From a virus, in IMG/VR virus record IMGVR_UViG_3300010361_000006: DNA of 45,489 nucleotides. One strand, given 5' to 3'. The stretch's first letter is position 1. Every line of letters begins with the position of its first letter. Below the pieces are notes generated by a model, which was not told the DNA's origin, did no database searches, and saw only the letters and a list, made by a program, of their open reading frames with translations. Position numbers and translations under genes: made by a program. Shown here one piece after another: positions 16,931 to 25,358 of the stretch.

Positions 16931-18701
16931 TTTCATCGCGCAGCAGCAACAGCTCGCGCGGACTCAGGCTGCGGCCCAATACTTACGTGGAGGGGTGAAC
17001 GCTTATAGCGGCCCGGGTCAGCAGGGGTATATGGTCAGCGGCCACTACATCCCCAACTATGTCGGGATGGGCCAGCAAGCGGTATCTGGTCTACTCACTC
17101 CAGCCGTCCAGCAGCAGGAGATGGGTCAGCAGATGGGATTGGAGCGGGCCAAATTGAGCGCGGCGCAACAGGCTATCCAACAGGCTCCTCAGCGTTATGC
17201 ACCGACACAGGTGGATGATCAAGGGAATCCCATCCCAGCGTCACAGCAACAATCATTCCCTGAGTATAAGCAGGCCATGGGTCAGTATGCTGCTCAGCTC
17301 TTGGCTAACCCCATGACTCGTGATATGGGGATGAATCTGGCGAACTCCATCAGCAGTGGAGCTCTGGATCAGCAAGAGCTGGCACGGCAGGACAAGCTTA
17401 CGATGGCGAAGCAGGCGCTGGAGAGCAAGCAACTGCTCATGGCGATGGCTACGCAAGGTAAGATCGATGTCGCAAATATTGGCCTCCAAGGGAAGCAATA
17501 TGCGGCAGATTTGGGTGCTGTCCAAAAACTGGTTTCGTCTGGAATGATGGATCCAACGAAAAGATCGCAAGCTGAGAATGCGCTGGCAGCGGAGACGACG
17601 CGTGAGGCGAAGCCTTACGGTACGCAGATAGATGAGGCAACGGAGCTGCACAGCTTGATTGACGATGCAACCAAGAATGGTCTTAACCCAGCTAATTCTA
17701 ATCTGATTATTGACCGCTTCCAGCGCATGGCTAACCCCGGTGCATCTGTCAAGGAGAGCCAATATCACCGGATCCAAACCTTAATGCCGGGGGTTGATGC
17801 GTTAATGTTGAAGGTGCAAGGGGTAGTGAACGGTACGGTACAGATGACACCGGAGTTGGCGCAACAACTGGGCAAGGCAGCAGACGTCTTCACTCAGGAT
17901 GCCAAGCAGAATCTATATACCATCACCACGAATAAGGCGAAGCAGGCACAAGAAAACTTCATGGATCCTACCCATGTGGTGGCGAATGAGAACTGGCGTG
18001 ATCCTGGCCAGAAAGATTCTTATGTTGCTAAGGATCCTACGCAGCTCCTTCAAGAGCGGCTTGGTGCGCTGAAAGGCTACATGGGAGGTGGAGGTGGACA
18101 GACTAGCTCTACTGGCACGGCTACACCGGGCGTTCCTGCACCGACTACAGACCATGGAGCATCCACCGTTGTTCCTGGTGGATCACCCATGCCGACATCT
18201 TTTAAGGATGAAGCTTGGGATGACGCTGAAAAGAAGGTCGCTCCGCAATCAGCGGATATGCTTCAGGCGATAAGGTTGAGGGGTGAGAAGAGCAATAGCG
18301 ATCAGGTCAGCTCCGCTGGCGCACGCACGCCTTACCAGATCACACCTGAGAATCGTGCCAACATCATGAAGCAGGATGGGTACGATCCATGGGCCAGTCC
18401 GGAAAATGCGGTGCGGGCAGCGGATCGTATCTGGAAGGAAAGTCTTGCACGCGCGGGCGGAGATAAGGCGAAGGCGCTGGACCTTTACAGCGGAGGAGCT
18501 ACTGGTTACGCTACACGTGTCCTTGGACAGACGGCGAAGGCACAGGCAGAGGTGGCAAGTAAGACCTCGCCGGTCACGTCTCAGCCTGCGGCTACCGCTA
18601 CGGCTGCTCCCTCTACGCAGGTCGCGACCAATACTCCGCCTGCTCAAAGCACTGCACCTATGTCGTGGGCGGATTATAAGAAGAGCAAGGGGATTCAATA
18701 A
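16845..18701 (+). CDS. Internal virion protein with C-terminal lytic transglycosylase (SLT-like) domain
   Basis: 618 aa. RLRGEKSNSDQVSSAGARTPYQITPENR...ALDLYSGG resembles the SLT motifs (E-S, AGA.G..Q..P.T, Y..G). The Q/A-rich N-terminal region is typical of ejection proteins. Confidence 0.7.
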   Translation: MPGSWGDIVNGFTGNTDALQPPPQQDPNDFIAQQQQLARTQAAAQYLRGGVNAYSGPGQQGYMVSGHYIPNYVGMGQQAVSGLLTPAVQQQEMGQQMGLERAKLSAAQQAIQQAPQRYAPTQVDDQGNPIPASQQQSFPEYKQAMGQYAAQLLANPMTRDMGMNLANSISSGALDQQELARQDKLTMAKQALESKQLLMAMATQGKIDVANIGLQGKQYAADLGAVQKLVSSGMMDPTKRSQAENALAAETTREAKPYGTQIDEATELHSLIDDATKNGLNPANSNLIIDRFQRMANPGASVKESQYHRIQTLMPGVDALMLKVQGVVNGTVQMTPELAQQLGKAADVFTQDAKQNLYTITTNKAKQAQENFMDPTHVVANENWRDPGQKDSYVAKDPTQLLQERLGALKGYMGGGGGQTSSTGTATPGVPAPTTDHGASTVVPGGSPMPTSFKDEAWDDAEKKVAPQSADMLQAIRLRGEKSNSDQVSSAGARTPYQITPENRANIMKQDGYDPWASPENAVRAADRIWKESLARAGGDKAKALDLYSGGATGYATRVLGQTAKAQAEVASKTSPVTSQPAATATAAPSTQVATNTPPAQSTAPMSWADYKKSKGIQ

Positions 18702-20515
18702 TGCCTAATATCTCCATGCCGGATGGGACTCAGGTAGCCTTCCCTGATAATCCCACGCAGGACGACATCGATACGATGAACAAGATGAGCAACCACATGA
18801 CGTGGTTGCAGCAGCAACGACAAGAGGACCAAAGAGTACTCAAGGCACTCCCAACTGCCACAGGCTTTCAGAAGTTTGCAACGCAAGGATCTCTAGGAGT
18901 GGAGAAGGCATGGGAGGGATTGAAGCAAGTCCTCCCTCAGAGTGTATCCAATACCTTGGGTCTACAGGTTCGCAGTCCTGAGGAGATGAAGGAAAAGGAA
19001 GCTTATTGGAATCAAGCGGCGCAGATGGGTGGTGGAGGCAAGTGGACTCAAGGCGCGGGTCAGGCTCTGCCCGGGATGGCGACGATGGCTATCCCTGGAC
19101 TAGGGGAAGCGGGCCTTGCCACACAAATAGGTGCAGGAGCCCTTACAGGAGGGTTGCAAGGCTACACACAGCCTGTCACTGGCCCCGGCCAACGTACCAC
19201 CAATACCATTGTCGGAACCGGTCTAGGAGCCGCAGGAGGGGCCTTGCCGGGTGTCATAAAACAAGGGGCGAATTTACTTAACCCTACGCGCTATGCGGGC
19301 CAAGCAGGTGCAGATGCGATTAGCAAGGCTGGAGGTGATGTTAATGCTGTCGTTCAGCAACTCCGGAATACGCCTGCACAGACTTTCACAGGGACTGCGC
19401 CTACGGCAGCGGCGGCAACTCAAGATGCTGGACTGGCAGCAGCGGAGGCTGCGAGTAGAGCTAACCCCAAGGTGGGTCCAGGGTGGAACGCAGCAGACAC
19501 GACTGCCAACAACGCTCGTCTCAACGCGTTCAACCAAGCGGTGGGTGATCCTGTCGCAGCCCGCGCGGCAGCAGTGACGGCGCGTAACAATGCTACCACA
19601 GCCATCCGTAATCAAGCGCTGACTGAGATTGATAACCAGTCCGCCAACATGGCTCGGGGCTTGGGCAAGGACGTCCAAGCTCAGATGAAGGGGATACAAG
19701 CACAACCGGGGAATAGGGAAGGTCAGCAGATTCTAGATGATATCAACGCAACCTTACAAAAAGGTAACGTAAAGGCAGCGGACGTGGCCCGCATGCGCGA
19801 CTCTCTCGGTAATGCCACACAGGCAGATCCGGCAATCGCTCAGGCCAAGGACGCTATTGATAGCGTGTTGTCTGCTCGCTCCAATGTGTCCGGTCAGGGT
19901 AAGCTCTGGGATAACTACCTAGACATTCACCAACAAATGAGCAAGCCGGTGAATGAAGCGGATGCCTTGATTAAGATTAAGAGTACGTTCGTTGATCCAC
20001 ATACCGGCATGACTGTTGGGAATCAAGTCACACCAGATATCAGCGCGGGCAAGCTGGCGGATGCGTTGCGCGTCCACAATGCTCCTGATGTCTATGGTAA
20101 TCAACCGCTCAGTCAGAACACCTACCGCAGTCTGTCGGACATCGTGGATGAGGCGCGGCAGGCTAACATCTATCAGGGCAAAGCACCGATCAATCCTGCT
20201 GCCTCCAACGCGACTGCTGATATAGCGAAGCAGGCAGCTCCAGCAATCGTAGGTGGAACGCTAGGAACTATTGCAGGCGGAGGTCCGCTTGGAGGAGTGA
20301 TTGGTGCCGGTCTAGGTTATGGAGCACAGGTAGCAGGGAAGGCGATTAAAGGAGCTCAGGCGAGTGCTCTGGCTAATGCGCTGCGCAATCCGCAAACGCT
20401 TGCGGACGCGATAGAGCTGAGTCAGAAATTCCCCACTGGTACGCTAGGTCGCGCGTCAATTGACGCTTTGAGATCCGGTGCAATAACAGGAGCTGGCAAT
20501 GCCACGCGACGCTAA
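18701..20515 (+). CDS. Internal virion/ejection protein candidate
   Basis: 604 aa with a TAATG junction. Ala/Gly/Gln-rich, with Gly-rich hydrophobic segments (GGTLGTIAGGGPLGGVIGAGLGYG). It sits between the SLT protein and the tail fibres. Confidence 0.55.
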   Translation: MPNISMPDGTQVAFPDNPTQDDIDTMNKMSNHMTWLQQQRQEDQRVLKALPTATGFQKFATQGSLGVEKAWEGLKQVLPQSVSNTLGLQVRSPEEMKEKEAYWNQAAQMGGGGKWTQGAGQALPGMATMAIPGLGEAGLATQIGAGALTGGLQGYTQPVTGPGQRTTNTIVGTGLGAAGGALPGVIKQGANLLNPTRYAGQAGADAISKAGGDVNAVVQQLRNTPAQTFTGTAPTAAAATQDAGLAAAEAASRANPKVGPGWNAADTTANNARLNAFNQAVGDPVAARAAAVTARNNATTAIRNQALTEIDNQSANMARGLGKDVQAQMKGIQAQPGNREGQQILDDINATLQKGNVKAADVARMRDSLGNATQADPAIAQAKDAIDSVLSARSNVSGQGKLWDNYLDIHQQMSKPVNEADALIKIKSTFVDPHTGMTVGNQVTPDISAGKLADALRVHNAPDVYGNQPLSQNTYRSLSDIVDEARQANIYQGKAPINPAASNATADIAKQAAPAIVGGTLGTIAGGGPLGGVIGAGLGYGAQVAGKAIKGAQASALANALRNPQTLADAIELSQKFPTGTLGRASIDALRSGAITGAGNATRR

Positions 20516-21431
20516 TGGAAACTATACGCTACCGGCAGGCAATCCGGTCGTCACCCAGACGCTGATCACAAGCAACTGGGCGAACACGACGCTGCAGGAC
20601 GTGGCGAGCGCTCTGACGGACAGCCTATCCAAGACGATTGGAGGGACCGTATCTGGTCCGATCAACTTCACCGGTAATGTCACTCCAGGCTATGTGAAGA
20701 AGGCCGGAGATACGATGACTGGTGCGTTGAGCGTACCGGCTACCATCACCATCACTCCCTCCGGCAACTACGCAGACTTGGTCTTTGGATCTAGCAATGT
20801 CGCGGTGCTGGCGCGCAATGTCGCTACTAACGTATTCTACTTCTCCAACGCGGGCAATACTCTCGCCGTTTGGAATTGTGATAACGCAGGGAATGTGAGT
20901 CAAGCGGGAGGCGTGAACTGTGGTGGATCCGTAGTGGCGGCAGGCGCGAGCTTTTCTGCTCAGGTCATAATGCAGAACCAAGTACAGACTGAATGGCTGT
21001 ACAACAACGGTAATGCCATCATCAGCTTCCGTGGAGACACGGGCATGGTCGGTGGTGGCTTTATCAACAGTGCTCAGAACAACTGGCTTCTCACCATCAA
21101 GGATAGCGGCGCTGTCGCTTGTCCAATGGGTAGCTTCACGGCGGGTGGTAATGTCTACGCGAATGGTGGGAGCGCCTACCTGCAGACCAATGGGGACATT
21201 GGTGGCTCTGTGTGGAATGGTGGTACACTGTCCGCATGGCTTGGTCAGAACGTGACGAATAAACATACCCAGATTCACTATGGATCTACAGGTACGGCGG
21301 AGTTTGGCGCGGTGGCCGGTAACGTAGCCCAGACGGTGGACGTAGGGGACCCATGGGTGATGACAGGTCTACGGACTGTGGCGAGTGCGGGCTGGATCTA
21401 CGTTAGAGGTAGTTGGCTCGCTACACCTTGA
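20499..21431 (+). CDS. Tail fibre protein 1
   Basis: The N-terminus MPRDANGNYTLPAGNPVVTQTLITSNWANTTLQDVASALTDSLS is the common phage tail-fibre anchor motif. The remainder is Gly/Asn/Ser/Thr-rich. Confidence 0.8.
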   Translation: MPRDANGNYTLPAGNPVVTQTLITSNWANTTLQDVASALTDSLSKTIGGTVSGPINFTGNVTPGYVKKAGDTMTGALSVPATITITPSGNYADLVFGSSNVAVLARNVATNVFYFSNAGNTLAVWNCDNAGNVSQAGGVNCGGSVVAAGASFSAQVIMQNQVQTEWLYNNGNAIISFRGDTGMVGGGFINSAQNNWLLTIKDSGAVACPMGSFTAGGNVYANGGSAYLQTNGDIGGSVWNGGTLSAWLGQNVTNKHTQIHYGSTGTAEFGAVAGNVAQTVDVGDPWVMTGLRTVASAGWIYVRGSWLATP

Positions 21432-21439
21432 GGTGAATA

Positions 21440-21841
21440 ATGGATTTTCTTACTGGCCCGTTCAACCATGACATGATGATTCTTGTCATGCTGGACCTTT
21501 ACCCCGAGCTCCGTCCGGGCGTGGACTATCAAGTGGCACAGCAAGAAGGAGGACCTCCCTTCTTCGCTCAGTGGAAGTCAGGGATGAAGCCGCCTAATGC
21601 GGATCTACTGTTCAGCGAGTTCAAGAAGGACGAGCACAAGTATCGTGACCGATATATTCGTATGTACCGGGGGGCTTGTCTCGCCAGCAGTGATGCACGC
21701 GTCCCCGGAGACGTACCAGAGGATAGTCCGTACCGTGCCAAGATGGAGGAGTGGAAGACTTATCGTCAGGCGCTGAGAGACGTCACGGCCCAGGACGGCT
21801 ATCCCTTCACCCTCCAATGGCCGACCATGCCGGTAGACTAA
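21440..21841 (+). CDS. Tail fibre assembly chaperone-like protein
   Basis: 133 aa between the two fibre genes. The C-terminus EWKTYRQALRDVTAQDGYPFTLQWPTMP matches the W..YRq.LRDi...gfP..v.WP..P signature of fibre-assembly/XkdW-like chaperones. Confidence 0.55.
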   Translation: MDFLTGPFNHDMMILVMLDLYPELRPGVDYQVAQQEGGPPFFAQWKSGMKPPNADLLFSEFKKDEHKYRDRYIRMYRGACLASSDARVPGDVPEDSPYRAKMEEWKTYRQALRDVTAQDGYPFTLQWPTMPVD

Positions 21842-21842
21842 G

Positions 21843-23222
21843 ATGCCGCGCGCTGCCAACGGTAACTACACTCTCCCCAATGCAGCCGTCAATCCCGGCG
21901 ACCTGATCACGTCGGCGTATATCAACGGTACGTTCAATGATCTTGCTGCGAACCTGTCAGCGTATTCAGGCAACCTCAACTTCAGTACGCTAGGCTGTCG
22001 TATCACTGGAGACATGAGCAACGCGACGCATAATAATCGCTTGCTCTTTCAAACGAGTACACTGAACAATCCCACGGTGGCAGGGGTCATTCCTAATGGG
22101 ACAGGGAATGCAGCGGGGTTGAATCTGTACGCCGCGCAGGATCCTATGAATTCGCAATATGTCCAGTTCCGTATGGATTCCAGTACTGGACTGGCTACGA
22201 TGTCTACGGGAGTGAATGGTTCTGGAGGCGCGCAACCATCTATTGCTCTGCAGACTAATGGCCTCCAGCGTTACCTCATTGATTCCGCTGGCAACCATAC
22301 TATATCCGGTACGACCTCGTGGGCGTGTAACACTCCAGCTGCTTACTTCAAAGGTGCGAATGGGGTATTGCTGGACGCTGGAGCTGGAACTTCTTATCCA
22401 TCCATCTACTGGTCCAATAATGGCAACGCGTGGTGGGCATTCTCAGTTGATTCTAACCATGTATTCTATCTTGGCAAGTATAATGGCTCTGGGACATGGA
22501 TAGCTAATTCCATCACGATTGCCCAGAGCAATGCCATTACCCTCAACGCGACGTCCTCTGCTGCCATTACGTTGAGTTGCAACAATACCCAGATTGCAAC
22601 GTCAAGCAATCTGTGTCCACTGTTCCTGAATGCGAATGGCTACGTGCCTCACTTCCGCTCCAACGCGTCCAATACATCGTTTGAGTGGGTGAACGGTGCG
22701 AATACTGCGGTGTGCATGCAGTTGAGTGAATTGGGAAGCTTGTACATCGGTCTTAATCAGAACATGAATAAGATCAATGTACAGAACTTCGGGCCGAACT
22801 ATGGCGTGGGCATTTTGTTCAAGCCGCTGGTGGATAGTGGGACATCACTGTACTTCCTCAACGTGGCGGGTAGCGCCATTGGTTCCATCACTCATTCTGC
22901 CACCACTACGGCGTTCAATACCTCGTCTGACTATCGCCTGAAGGAAAACGTCAAGGAGCTTACGGGATACAGGGAACGTATCATGGCCTACCGTCCAGTA
23001 GAGTTTGACTGGAAGTCCACGGGGGAACGGGGTCAAGGTTTTGTGGCCCATGACCTCCAAGCTGTGAACGCACTCGCTGTGACGGGAGTGAAGGATGAGC
23101 TAGACGATGAAGGAGCGGTTAAACCCCAAGGGGTGGACCACTCTAAGCTCATACCGGATCTGGTCGCTATGGTACAAGACTTGCAGCGCCAGATAAAAGC
23201 GCTCAAGGCCCGTAGACCCTGA
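21843..23222 (+). CDS. Tail fibre protein 2 with C-terminal peptidase S74 intramolecular chaperone domain
   Basis: The N-terminus MPRAANGNYTLPNAAVNPGDLITSAYINGTFNDLAANLS is paralogous to that of fibre 1. The C-terminus SSDYRLKENVKEL..YRPVEFDWK..GFVAHDLQAV..VDHSKLIPDLVAMVQDLQRQIKALK matches the S74 auto-cleaving chaperone. Confidence 0.85.
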   Translation: MPRAANGNYTLPNAAVNPGDLITSAYINGTFNDLAANLSAYSGNLNFSTLGCRITGDMSNATHNNRLLFQTSTLNNPTVAGVIPNGTGNAAGLNLYAAQDPMNSQYVQFRMDSSTGLATMSTGVNGSGGAQPSIALQTNGLQRYLIDSAGNHTISGTTSWACNTPAAYFKGANGVLLDAGAGTSYPSIYWSNNGNAWWAFSVDSNHVFYLGKYNGSGTWIANSITIAQSNAITLNATSSAAITLSCNNTQIATSSNLCPLFLNANGYVPHFRSNASNTSFEWVNGANTAVCMQLSELGSLYIGLNQNMNKINVQNFGPNYGVGILFKPLVDSGTSLYFLNVAGSAIGSITHSATTTAFNTSSDYRLKENVKELTGYRERIMAYRPVEFDWKSTGERGQGFVAHDLQAVNALAVTGVKDELDDEGAVKPQGVDHSKLIPDLVAMVQDLQRQIKALKARRP

Positions 23223-23249
23223 GCGCGTGTTTTGAAAGAAATTCCCCTA

Positions 23250-23273
23250 GCTTGTGGGCATTGGCCCACAAGC
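23250..23273. terminator. Bidirectional terminator-like hairpin between convergent operons
   Basis: 10-bp stem gcttgtgggc (23250-23259) pairs with gcccacaagc (23264-23273) around loop attg. It lies between the stop at 23222 (+) and the stop at 23284 (-). The flanking U-tracts are weak. Confidence 0.6.
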
Positions 23274-23283
23274 GCTCCTCACA

Positions 23284-23838
23284 TTACGCCTTGGGTCCTG
23301 CGACAGGAGCCTCAGGCAAGGTGTTATCCGGGCGTGCGCCCACATCCACCTTCACATACTTCCAGCCCGCATAGGGCAGGTACGCCAGAATCCAGACGCC
23401 ACCAGACTTCGGGTATGCGATCGGGTGACTAGGCGACAGCGGCGGATAGATGGGCAGCATGACGCTCGGCAGGGTATTGTCCACATACGGCGGCAGCGTG
23501 TTATCTACCTCACCGCCACCTCCGCCCGGCAGCGTATTATCCACTCCCGGGGGAAGACTATTATCCGGCCGCACCGGCAGATAGATGGGCAGCTCCACCT
23601 GTCCCGGAGGACGAACGGTGGGCGGGTTAGGCCATACGCTCGGGGGAGGAGTGATAGGTCCACCGCCGACGACCGGAGGCCAGATACCTACCGGCGGCTG
23701 CGGCGCTGGCACGCCATATCCAGGGTCCACCGGCGGACGTACACCATAGCCCGGATCCACCGGAGCTTCTACACCATAGCCCGGATCCACCGGACGATTG
23801 GACTGATCTACAGGAGTGATGACAGCAAGAAAGCTCAT
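23284..23838 (-). CDS. Proline-rich repeat protein (PVDPGYGV x3, DNTLP x5), unknown function
   Basis: 184-aa ORF, the last gene of the leftward operon. Repeats are PVDPGYGVEA/PVDPGYGVRP/PVDPGYGVPA, encoded by 30-bp repeats, plus RPDNSLP, VDNTLP (x3) and RPDNTLP. The + strand ORF 23254-24090 is an Arg-rich shadow frame. Confidence 0.65.
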   Translation of the reverse strand: MSFLAVITPVDQSNRPVDPGYGVEAPVDPGYGVRPPVDPGYGVPAPQPPVGIWPPVVGGGPITPPPSVWPNPPTVRPPGQVELPIYLPVRPDNSLPPGVDNTLPGGGGGEVDNTLPPYVDNTLPSVMLPIYPPLSPSHPIAYPKSGGVWILAYLPYAGWKYVKVDVGARPDNTLPEAPVAGPKA

Positions 23839-23847
23839 TTCAATCTC

Positions 23848-24558
23848 CTAAGGTTTGAGGCGTTGCAGCATATGGAAGGGCTCCGTGTTCATCTCCTTCA
23901 CGGCTGCGAAAAACATCATTCTACTCGGCTCCATCCACGCCTCTGCAATGACGTAACCGAGGTATGCGAGGCGGTCGTTGTAGGCACGCAGGTAGTCAAC
24001 CTCGTCCTTCACTTCACGCCCCAACTCTTTAACATAGTGACTGCGATGCAACCAGATCTTACTTGCTGCACTATCCGTCATCCATACTAGTGGGACGCGT
24101 TGCTTGGCGGCACGCGCCCAGAACTCCATTATATACGGGTTTTTGATAGTGCCAAGCATCTGGTCATACATAATTACATCATAGACACCGAGTGCGGAAT
24201 CCAGCAGACGCGTATAGCTGTCCTCCACTAGCTCCACATTCCCATACCCATGCTCCCGCAGGTACTTCACCAGCTCAGGATCTCGCTCCCACATCATATG
24301 ACTCTTGTTGCCACATGCCTTGTCTATCACCTGAGCCATCATCCCTACGCCCGCAAACGGATGGAGGATACGCTCATAGCTCGGGCAGATATATTTGGTG
24401 AAGTGGGTCATAGCGAGGATCTGTTCATTCATCATCCTCGTGTCTTCTTGCAGCATAATCTGGCACCCACCGTCAGTCATCTCTTCCTTCCCTCCCATGG
24501 ACAGGCCAATGGGGATGTGAACGGTGATGCCATTGCGGGTCACTTGGACGTGGTGCAT
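23848..24558 (-). CDS. Class I SAM-dependent methyltransferase-like protein
   Basis: 236 aa. ILHPFAGVGMMAQVI resembles motif I (vLDpFaGsG). The acidic MMWERDPE resembles the motif II position. VYDVIMYD resembles a motif IV-like strand. No DPPY/NPPY motif is present. Confidence 0.5.
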   Translation of the reverse strand: MHHVQVTRNGITVHIPIGLSMGGKEEMTDGGCQIMLQEDTRMMNEQILAMTHFTKYICPSYERILHPFAGVGMMAQVIDKACGNKSHMMWERDPELVKYLREHGYGNVELVEDSYTRLLDSALGVYDVIMYDQMLGTIKNPYIMEFWARAAKQRVPLVWMTDSAASKIWLHRSHYVKELGREVKDEVDYLRAYNDRLAYLGYVIAEAWMEPSRMMFFAAVKEMNTEPFHMLQRLKP

Positions 24559-24812
24559 TCTTCTTCCTTGATATATTTACTGACCATGAGGTCGTAGAAG
24601 TCACCATCCTTCTTTTCCAGCTCCTCTATATACTTGTCCAGAAAGTGGCGGGCCTTGTACAAATCCTTCAGTCCGTCCTTCTTCTTCCACCGTCCCACAT
24701 ATCTTGTGATCATGGCTTGAAAGTAGTCCAGGTCATTTGCGATTACATAGTCCCAGTGCTGGATGGGGGAACGGTAATGCGTCCCCCCAACCTGCGTATC
24801 GTTTGCTCCCAT
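24540..24812 (-). CDS. DUF3310 (SaV-like) family protein
   Basis: 90 aa. VGGTHY..IQHWDYV...RYVGRWKKKDGLKDLYKARHFLDKYI matches the DUF3310 signature, a family often next to phage nucleotide-metabolism genes. Confidence 0.7.
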   Translation of the reverse strand: MGANDTQVGGTHYRSPIQHWDYVIANDLDYFQAMITRYVGRWKKKDGLKDLYKARHFLDKYIEELEKKDGDFYDLMVSKYIKEEECTTSK

Positions 24813-24850
24813 AGCGAGTCTCCGTAGAAGTACACGCTACGCGATACTAT

Positions 24851-25330
24851 TTACATGTACTTTCCTACGGAGTCTGCTATTACTTCCAGCCGCTTCTGTA
24901 CTTCACCATCAAAGCTGGATACGATAGGGCTATTCATCAGTTCCGCCATGCGCTTCAATCCGTTGAGCCACACGGGCTGGATGATGACATTGCCCATACT
25001 AAACTCAGCTTGACAGAAGGCATTGAGCTCAGTGATGTCTAACCAATCTAACATCCACCGGTCCTCTGGGGAGAGCATGTCTTCCACAACATTATGCTGT
25101 GCCAAAAATGTGTCACTTGCAGCATCTAAACCATCACGGAGAATAGGTGATCCCCACTTGGCCGGAGCGGGTACATCACCCGTCCACTGCTCCGCCCAGT
25201 CGTGCATTAGCACGGCGCGCACCAGCGTATGAGTAGGGTTTTGAACGCTATAGAGCAGCGCCAGCATGTTCGCGACATGCTCTCCTACCGTTTGTTGCTG
25301 GTGCGTGCGGACGGTGTGAAAACGCCTCAC
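24851..25330 (-). CDS. HD-domain phosphohydrolase (YfbR-like 5-prime deoxynucleotidase type)
   Basis: RRFHTVRTHQQQTVGEHVANMLALL...VLMHDWAEQWTGDVPAPAK contains the H...HD...D motifs of the HD superfamily. The start is uncertain. The ORF extends to ATG 25567 but would then overlap the upstream gene by 209 nt. The first in-frame start after that gene ends is GTG 25330. Confidence 0.7.
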   Translation of the reverse strand: MRRFHTVRTHQQQTVGEHVANMLALLYSVQNPTHTLVRAVLMHDWAEQWTGDVPAPAKWGSPILRDGLDAASDTFLAQHNVVEDMLSPEDRWMLDWLDITELNAFCQAEFSMGNVIIQPVWLNGLKRMAELMNSPIVSSFDGEVQKRLEVIADSVGKYM

Positions 25331-25358
25331 GGCGTTTCCATTTAGTCCAATGCGGAAG

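Noticed and set aside
23254-24090. 278-aa plus-strand ORF overlapping the proline-rich protein and methyltransferase-like genes
   Set aside because: Its extremely Arg/His/Ile-rich repetitive translation (..RIHRSFYTIARIHRTIG..) is simply the antisense reading of the Pro/Gly/Tyr repeats. It would also run through the convergent terminator.
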